Part shown: positions 1 through 5,091 of the stretch, one piece after another
Layout of the letters: each line of letters starts with the position of its first letter
Numbering within the stretch: the first letter of the stretch is position 1
Assembly (NCBI GenBank): GCA_027340875.1
Contig: DAIENX010000064.1
Coordinates: 1 to 11,666 of the forward strand
DNA from: Elusimicrobiota bacterium
GTDB taxonomy: Bacteria; Elusimicrobiota; Elusimicrobia; Elusimicrobiales; UBA9959
DNA length: 11,666 nt
Reading direction: 5' to 3'
Program-made: the position numbers and the translations under genes
Notes under the pieces: generated by a model
Told to the model about the DNA's origin: nothing
What the model saw: only the letters and a program-made list of their open reading frames with translations
Databases searched by the model: none

Positions 1-1
1 G

Positions 2-562
2 GGGAACAGGACTTTCATGGGCTGCCATGACAAGAGCGGGAAGACGTATTACGTCACCGGCAACGTCATCTTCAAGGCCGGCGGCGGCGGCAACCATATA
101 ACCGGCACCGTGATGACGCTCGGCAACGTGGAATTTTCCGGTAACGGAGGCTCCTCCAACGGGGCGGACGGCAGCTACAGCGCGAATATTCCTCCTTATG
201 CCTGGAGGGAGTACGGGGCCAACTGGGCGCACTATAAAACGTTCGACCCGGCCGCGCCGGCCACCTGGGCCGACGCGGTCAGCTCCAACTACGTCGCGAC
301 TGGCAAGACCTATCCCCTGAGCGGCGTTCTGGTGCACGGCTTCCTCTACGCCAGGGGTGAGATGTCGCTGCAAGGAGGCGGTAACGGCGTCTTTCACGGG
401 TTGGTGATGACCGCCGGCGAATTCGAGACGGAAACTTCCAACTATACCGTTTACTACGACTCCCTGGTCGCCGAAGCGGTTAAGTTGTCGGCGGGACATC
501 TGACGATCTCCAAGAAGAACTGGTACGAGATCAAGGCCGAATGGCCGGCGGGGCTGCCTTGA
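2..562 (+). CDS. 5'-truncated paralog of the downstream PilX-like protein (C-terminal Gly/Asn/Tyr-rich domain)
   Basis: The frame is open from nt 2 (GNRTFMGCHDKSGKTYY...). It aligns without indels to the C-terminal part of 636..1901 (GDRTFTGCHDKSGKTYY...WYEVKGEWPPGL). The ATG at 17 is therefore an internal Met and the true start lies upstream of the window. Confidence 0.85.
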   Translation, partial: GNRTFMGCHDKSGKTYYVTGNVIFKAGGGGNHITGTVMTLGNVEFSGNGGSSNGADGSYSANIPPYAWREYGANWAHYKTFDPAAPATWADAVSSNYVATGKTYPLSGVLVHGFLYARGEMSLQGGGNGVFHGLVMTAGEFETETSNYTVYYDSLVAEAVKLSAGHLTISKKNWYEIKAEWPAGLP

Positions 563-635
563 CCATCCGGAGCATGACGACCGGCACGGGAATATTCGGA
601 AAGATCCGCCGGACAGGCGGGCCTTTGGGCATGGT

Positions 636-1901
636 ATGAAGAACCGCAGACCCGGCCAGATGGCCATAACAATTGTCATCAGCATCCTGCTGTTCCTGAT
701 GCTGATGTTCCCGGTCATGAACCTGTTCACGCGGAACGAGGGGAAATGGTCGGTCAAGGAGAAACAATCCACCGTGGCCTTCCACCTGGCCGAGGCGGGT
801 GTGGACCGGGCGTATTGGAAGATACTGGAGAGCGTTGACATGTGGAACGTCACCTCCACCGGCACGATCGCGGGCTATGATTTCGACCAGGTCTACGACG
901 ACATAGGCGGTGGTTACTACGCGATAAAGATAAGCTCCGACCCCACCAACCCGGACTCCAGGATAGTCGAGGCCGCGGGGAAGGACCTCGGCAGCAACCA
1001 GGTGCGCCGCATCCGCATGTACCTGGTTAACACCAACACCGGGGTGAAATTCGCCATAAGGTCGGAGAAGGTCCTGACCAATGGCGGAGGCAATCCGCAC
1101 GTGGAATGGGGGCCGGTGATCTCCAACGGCAGCATCATCGCCACCGGGCGCACCTTCCCGAGGTTCTATAGCGCCGGCCACGTCACCACGCAGGACGGCG
1201 GCTCGTCCACCGCCTCCACCGACGGCGTCTACTGGTGGTCGTACTACCCGGTCCCCTCCGCGCCGACCATCAACTTCGGGTTCTATCTTAGCTCGGCCAC
1301 GGGCGGCGGCGCCTCGCCCTGCGGCGGGAACTATTACACCATAGGCGACAGGACCTTCACGGGCTGCCATGACAAGAGCGGGAAGACCTACTATATCACC
1401 GGCAACGCCGTTTTCAAGTCCGGCGGGGCCGGCAACCATATAACCGGCAACGTCATAGCTCTCGGCAACGTCACCTTCGCCGGCAACGGCGGCTCCGCCA
1501 ACGCCCCGGACGGCAGCTACAATGCCGCGCTTCCCCCTTACGCCTGGAAGGAGTACGGGGCCAACTGGGCGCATTACAAGATCTTCGACCCGACCGGACC
1601 CGCCACTTACGCGGACGCGGTCGGTTCTAGCTACGTCGCGACGGGCAAGACCTACCCTCTCGCCGGGGTCCTGACGCACGGCATGCTTTACGCCGGCGGC
1701 AACATGGAGCTGTCCGGCGGCGGCAATGGCATCTTCCATGGCGTGGTCGTGTCGGCCAACGACAGCACTACGGACACTTCCAATTTCCTTATTTACTACG
1801 ACCCTGACATCGCGTCCAACATAAGGCTGTATACCAGCCCGGTGACCATAGTGAAGGGGACCTGGTACGAGGTCAAGGGCGAATGGCCGCCGGGACTGTG
1901 A
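636..1901 (+). CDS. PilX N-terminal domain (minor pilin-like) exported protein, 421 aa
   Basis: A short basic leader ending in Gly is followed by a hydrophobic helix (MKNRRPG|QMAITIVISILLFLMLMFPVM), resembling a class III/prepilin signal. The later AFHLAEAGVDRA motif is typical of PilX-N proteins. The C-terminal domain is Gly/Ser/Thr/Asn-rich. Confidence 0.75.
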   Translation: MKNRRPGQMAITIVISILLFLMLMFPVMNLFTRNEGKWSVKEKQSTVAFHLAEAGVDRAYWKILESVDMWNVTSTGTIAGYDFDQVYDDIGGGYYAIKISSDPTNPDSRIVEAAGKDLGSNQVRRIRMYLVNTNTGVKFAIRSEKVLTNGGGNPHVEWGPVISNGSIIATGRTFPRFYSAGHVTTQDGGSSTASTDGVYWWSYYPVPSAPTINFGFYLSSATGGGASPCGGNYYTIGDRTFTGCHDKSGKTYYITGNAVFKSGGAGNHITGNVIALGNVTFAGNGGSANAPDGSYNAALPPYAWKEYGANWAHYKIFDPTGPATYADAVGSSYVATGKTYPLAGVLTHGMLYAGGNMELSGGGNGIFHGVVVSANDSTTDTSNFLIYYDPDIASNIRLYTSPVTIVKGTWYEVKGEWPPGL

Positions 1902-2686
1902 GATCCCGCCGGGGGCTGGAGATAGCCGGCTTGGAGTTTTTTTTTGTACCGGAGGAAGGGGGCATCGTTCCAGCGCTGAGGCGCCGCTACGGCGCCTTCT
2001 CCCGCCCCGTCGGGGCCTGCCGCGAGTTCGAAGTCTCGTCCATCCCGAGGCGGGACCTGCCGTTCAGGCCGGCGGTGGTCCGGACCGGGGACAGGCTGAC
2101 GCTGAGACGCGGGGATTTCGACGCCTCGCTGGAGCTGTCCTCCGGCAGGGGTACGCTTAGGGCGGCACCCAACGCCCAGTGCCTGGACGCTTTTTTGCGC
2201 TCTTTGCTTAGCTCGCTGCTACTCCGCTCCGGCGGCCTTATGCTGCACTCGGCCGGCCTGCTGAGGAACGGCCGGGCCTATGTCTTCCTCGGCAAGTCCG
2301 GGGCCGGCAAGTCAACGCTTTCCAGGCTGGCCGCGGCCTCGGGAGGGGCCGAGGTGATCAGCGACGAGATGAATATGCTCAGGCCGGGGAAAGGCGGGTG
2401 GCTTGTCCACGGCTCCCCGTTCTGGGGGGAGATGCGGGCGGCGGGCAGGCCGGGCGCGTGGCCGCTGGGCGGCCTGTACGCGCTGGGCAAGGCCAGGGAG
2501 CATGCGCTCCGTCCCTGCGGCGCCGGCGAGGCGCTGAAACTGCTGCTGCGCTGCCTGGTGAATTTCGAAAGGGGAGAGGAGGCCGCGGCCCTGGCGCTGA
2601 GCAACGCCTGCGGCCTGCTGGGGAGCGTAAAGCCGGAGCGGCTTGAATTCACTAGGCGGGATGCCGCGTTCCTGGAGCTGATATGA
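1898..2686 (+). CDS. HPr kinase-related P-loop protein (putative peptide Ser/Thr kinase)
   Basis: Contains LHSAG, Walker A GKSGAGKST, and the acidic ISDE motif followed by GSPFWG, as in HprK-related proteins of PqqD/radical SAM cassettes. The likely start is GTG at 1898, overlapping the upstream TGA (GTGA); the ORF track start at 1883 is an alternative. Confidence 0.8.
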   Translation: MRSRRGLEIAGLEFFFVPEEGGIVPALRRRYGAFSRPVGACREFEVSSIPRRDLPFRPAVVRTGDRLTLRRGDFDASLELSSGRGTLRAAPNAQCLDAFLRSLLSSLLLRSGGLMLHSAGLLRNGRAYVFLGKSGAGKSTLSRLAAASGGAEVISDEMNMLRPGKGGWLVHGSPFWGEMRAAGRPGAWPLGGLYALGKAREHALRPCGAGEALKLLLRCLVNFERGEEAAALALSNACGLLGSVKPERLEFTRRDAAFLELI

Positions 2687-2955
2687 AAGACACTGCTGTC
2701 AGAATTCGGAAGGACCTGGCCTTCAGGCGCGTAGGCGAGGAGCTGTTCGTGGTGGACGCCGCCTCCGCCAGGCTGCACGAATTGAACGGCACCGCGGCCG
2801 TCATCTGGGAATGCCTGGCGGCCGGCCAGGACGAGGACGGCATCGTGGCGGCCCTCGCCGGGAAGTTCGAAGTGGACCGGGACGCGGCCCGCGCCGACTG
2901 CCGGGCCTTTATAAAAGAATTGATAAGTTCCGGTCTCCTTAAGAAATCGGTGTAA
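2683..2955 (+). CDS. PqqD-family RiPP recognition element (stand-alone RRE), 90 aa
   Basis: FRRVGEELFVVD...LHELNGTAAVIWECL...IVAALAGKFEVDRDAARADCRAFIKELISSGLL matches the three-strand, three-helix PqqD pattern. Its start overlaps the kinase stop (ATGA). Confidence 0.92.
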   Translation: MKDTAVRIRKDLAFRRVGEELFVVDAASARLHELNGTAAVIWECLAAGQDEDGIVAALAGKFEVDRDAARADCRAFIKELISSGLLKKSV

Positions 2956-2982
2956 CCATTCTTTAATCCGCGTAATAACTAT

Positions 2983-3117
2983 ATGAAAAAGAAAAAATAT
3001 GAGAAGCCTTCCATCAAGACCGAGAAGGTCTTCGAGAAGGCCGCGCTGGCCTGCGGAAAGTGCACGAGCGGTCCCATAAGCCAGCTGGCCTGCAAGACCC
3101 TGAAGAAGTTCTCCTGA
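2983..3117 (+). CDS. Putative RiPP precursor peptide, 44 aa (not in ORF track)
   Basis: ATG 2983 to TGA 3115-3117 translates to MKKKKYEKPSIKTEKVFEKAALACGKCTSGPISQLACKTLKKFS. It has a YxxP-x-hydrophobic leader motif and three Cys in the C-terminal half. Codons are mostly G/C-ending after the first few. It fills the gap between the RRE and peptidase genes. Confidence 0.85.
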   Translation: MKKKKYEKPSIKTEKVFEKAALACGKCTSGPISQLACKTLKKFS

Positions 3118-3119
3118 AC

Positions 3120-3449
3120 ATGCCGGCCTGCTTCAGCCTGGAAGGCTCCAGCATGCTGCCGGTGTTCAGACCGGGCGAGCTGGTGCTGCTGAACGACGCA
3201 AAGCCTGGCCCAGGCGACTGCGCCGTATACCTGTTCAACGGGGCCAGGCTGCTGCACCGCGTGCTGGCCGTCACCGGAAAAGGGGCCTGGCTGGCCGACG
3301 ACGCCGGCCGGCTGGAGAGGCATTTCGTTCAGTTCGGCGACATCATCGGCACCGCGGTTTCCGGAGGCACGCTATCGCGGGGTAGGGTCGGGCTGGCCTA
3401 TTCCATCTCGAGGCGGATTTTTTCCCGCCTTTTCCTTTCCCATGGCTGA
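3120..3449 (+). CDS. S24/S26-family peptidase (signal peptidase-like), putative leader peptidase, 109 aa
   Basis: Catalytic-Ser box GSSMLPVFRPGELVL, then GDCAVY and LLHRV (His at the general-base position, as in Ser/His S26B-type enzymes). The start is most likely ATG 3120, 2 nt after the precursor stop, rather than the GTG at 3060 in the ORF track. Confidence 0.8.
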   Translation: MPACFSLEGSSMLPVFRPGELVLLNDAKPGPGDCAVYLFNGARLLHRVLAVTGKGAWLADDAGRLERHFVQFGDIIGTAVSGGTLSRGRVGLAYSISRRIFSRLFLSHG

Positions 3450-4476
3450 CCGCCTGCCCTCGGCCAGACTGAACCGCCTGACGCTGGAGCGCAATATCCC
3501 GGTCTCGGTCACCGCGGAGCTCACCCGCCGTTGCCCTCTCTCCTGCGGGCATTGCTACCTGCCGGAGACGCGCGGCCGGGCGGGGGTCCCTGGTGAGCTG
3601 TCGGCCGCCGCCTGGAAGCGCATCCTTTCCGACCTGGCCCGGTCCGGCGGCCTTTATCTGACCTTCACCGGCGGGGAGCCGCTGCTGCGCGAGGACCTGG
3701 CGGAGCTCTGCCGCCACGCGTCCTCCCTCAGGTTCGACGTAACCGTGTTCTCTACCGGCCTGGGCCTGACCCCGGCCCTGGCCAGTGAGCTTAAGGAAGC
3801 GGAGGTATCCTCTTTCGGGATAAGCTTCTATGGCCGCCCCGCCGTGCATGACCGGATCACCGGGTTCAAAGGCTCTTTCCGCCGCAGTCTGGCCGCGGCC
3901 AGGCTGCTGCGAAAAGCCGGGGTGCGGGTCAGGATGAAGTCGCCGTTGATGACCCTGAACGCGGGGCAGACCGGCTGGCTGACCCGCCTCTCCTCCGCGG
4001 AAGGCTTCGATGTCTCGTTCGACCCGGTTATAGCCCCGGCGAACGACGGCCATCCCGGCGTTTCCTCTTTACGGCTCTCCGGACCTGCCCTGGCGCGGGC
4101 GGTCAGAGAGGTGCCTCCTCCCCCATTCCCCGCGGATGCCGCGGCGGGGCCCGGAGCTGACGGATTTATCTGCGGCGCCGGCCGCAACGTCTGCTCCGTG
4201 GACCCTTCCGGAGATCTTTATCCCTGCCTGCAGCTTCCGGTCAGGCTGGGGAACCTCGCGCGAAACGGATTTTCCTCCATATGGCGGAATTCTCCCTGGC
4301 TGAAAAAGTGGCGCCGGCTTTCCCTGGCAGACCAGAAAGACTGCGTTCAATGCCGCGACAGGGAGTATTGCAGTTTTTGTCCCGGCATCAGCCTGCTGGA
4401 GGAAGGGAATGTGCTCGCGCCGAACCGGGCGGCCTGCGAAATGGCGGCTATTATGCGGCGCGCGGCCTGTGTATAA
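3442..4476 (+). CDS. Radical SAM/SPASM domain peptide maturase, 344 aa
   Basis: CxxxCxxC (CPLSCGHC) and FTGGEPLLR, plus a C-terminal SPASM pattern CGAG...VDPSGDLYPC...CVQC-x5-C-x2-C-x18-C. Overlaps the peptidase gene by 8 nt. Confidence 0.95.
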   Translation: MADRLPSARLNRLTLERNIPVSVTAELTRRCPLSCGHCYLPETRGRAGVPGELSAAAWKRILSDLARSGGLYLTFTGGEPLLREDLAELCRHASSLRFDVTVFSTGLGLTPALASELKEAEVSSFGISFYGRPAVHDRITGFKGSFRRSLAAARLLRKAGVRVRMKSPLMTLNAGQTGWLTRLSSAEGFDVSFDPVIAPANDGHPGVSSLRLSGPALARAVREVPPPPFPADAAAGPGADGFICGAGRNVCSVDPSGDLYPCLQLPVRLGNLARNGFSSIWRNSPWLKKWRRLSLADQKDCVQCRDREYCSFCPGISLLEEGNVLAPNRAACEMAAIMRRAACV

Positions 4477-4496
4477 TGTGTAACCTGTTCTGGGCC

Positions 4497-4524
4497 TTGA
4501 CATCGTCCCGGCCTCTGCTATACT
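4497..4524 (+). promoter_or_regulatory. Sigma70-type promoter
   Basis: TTGACA (4497-4502), a 16-bp spacer and TATACT (4519-4524), preceded by an extended -10 TGn (4516-4518). It lies in the intergenic region upstream of the Rrf2 gene. Confidence 0.75.
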
Positions 4525-4536
4525 ATTGATATCAAT
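4525..4536. promoter_or_regulatory. Perfect 12-bp palindrome over the predicted transcription start (candidate operator)
   Basis: ATTGATATCAAT lies immediately after the -10 box. Confidence 0.45.
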
Positions 4537-4570
4537 GGACAGCGTGTCGGTTGCGGCTGTCCTTTTTTTT
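4537..4570 (+). terminator. Intrinsic terminator-like hairpin
   Basis: GGACAGC (4537-4543) pairs with GCTGTCC (4556-4562) and is followed directly by T8 (4563-4570), about 60 nt after the radical SAM stop. Confidence 0.65.
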
Positions 4571-4607
4571 CGGTAGTCATCGGATAAAAAATATCCGATG
4601 ACTGTTG
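4571..4607. repeat. Inverted repeat / strong hairpin
   Basis: AGTCATCGGATA (4575-4586), an A5 loop and TATCCGATGACT (4592-4603) form a perfect 12-bp stem. On the + strand RNA it extends to 16 bp with three G-U pairs and one C-G pair. Confidence 0.85.
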
Positions 4608-4669
4608 GTCGCTGGAAAAAAACAGCCGCGTAGCGGCGATACGGCTTGTAAGGCACCGGAGCTTTCTTT

Positions 4670-5080
4670 ATGAGGATGAACCGCACTTTGGCTTATGGAT
4701 TGTCCTGCCTGCATTACCTGGGGCAGAACAACGGGGGCCAGTGGAACCAGGTGGCCGAGATCGCCCGCTTCCAGGGGCTGCCCGCGCCGTACTGCAACAA
4801 GGTGCTGCAGGCGCTGGTGCACGCGGGCTTCGTTGAGTCGCAGAAAGGCAAAGGCTACCGCCTGCGCAAGGACCTGGACGGCATCAGCGTCTGGCAGCTG
4901 ATGGAGGCGTTCACCTTCAACGGGGCGCCGAAAGCGGAGAAGGCACAGGTCTCCAACAAGCTCTACGAGACGCTGCGCGCTGAGGTCAACCACTGGCTGG
5001 TGGGCCTTACGGTGCAGGATATAGTGGAGATGATGAAGGAAGAGGAGCGGCGCGCGCGCGAAGTGACGGCGGAGGACTGA
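4670..5080 (+). CDS. Rrf2-family transcriptional regulator, 136 aa
   Basis: YGLSCLHYL...VAEIARFQGLPAPYCNKVLQALVHAGFVESQKGKGYRL...ISVWQLMEA...LTVQDIV fits the Rrf2 winged-helix pattern. A GGAG Shine-Dalgarno sequence is at 4658-4661. Confidence 0.88.
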   Translation: MRMNRTLAYGLSCLHYLGQNNGGQWNQVAEIARFQGLPAPYCNKVLQALVHAGFVESQKGKGYRLRKDLDGISVWQLMEAFTFNGAPKAEKAQVSNKLYETLRAEVNHWLVGLTVQDIVEMMKEEERRAREVTAED

Positions 5081-5091
5081 CTTTACAGGGT

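Noticed and set aside
606..626. CCGCC/GGCGG hairpin between the PilX-like paralogs as a terminator
   Set aside because: Only a 5-bp stem with a weak T-tract, which is expected by chance in GC-rich DNA.
531..1739. 402-aa minus-strand ORF
   Set aside because: Antisense shadow of the PilX-like gene caused by GC-rich codon bias; Val/Gly/Arg-rich with no recognisable motifs.
2983..3117. Precursor as a lasso peptide or a lipoprotein (ALA-C)
   Set aside because: No lasso cyclase or B2 protease in the window and no Asp/Glu in the core for a macrolactam. There is also no hydrophobic h-region for a lipoprotein signal.
3060..3119. N-terminal extension of the peptidase from GTG 3060
   Set aside because: It overlaps the precursor gene in another frame. 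ATG 3120 just after the precursor stop is the more plausible start.
3115..3192. Possible selenocysteine or readthrough of the precursor TGA, giving a Cys-rich extension
   Set aside because: The downstream TGC codons are out-of-frame products of the peptidase coding sequence (e.g. ATG/CTG-CTG runs), and no SECIS-like element was recognised.
3442..4476. Assignment as pqqE, or of the cluster as PQQ/mycofactocin biosynthesis
   Set aside because: No pqqB/pqqC or mft genes are present, and the peptide lacks the PqqA ExxxY core and the MftA C-terminal motif.
4472..4477. TATAAT overlapping the radical SAM stop codon
   Set aside because: No matching -35 box or correctly spaced extended -10, and a much better promoter lies 20 nt downstream.
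4539..4649. Rod structure as 6S RNA or a known riboswitch
   Set aside because: It is shorter than typical 6S RNA and lacks a large central bubble. No aptamer consensus was recognised by eye; kept only as an unassigned structure.
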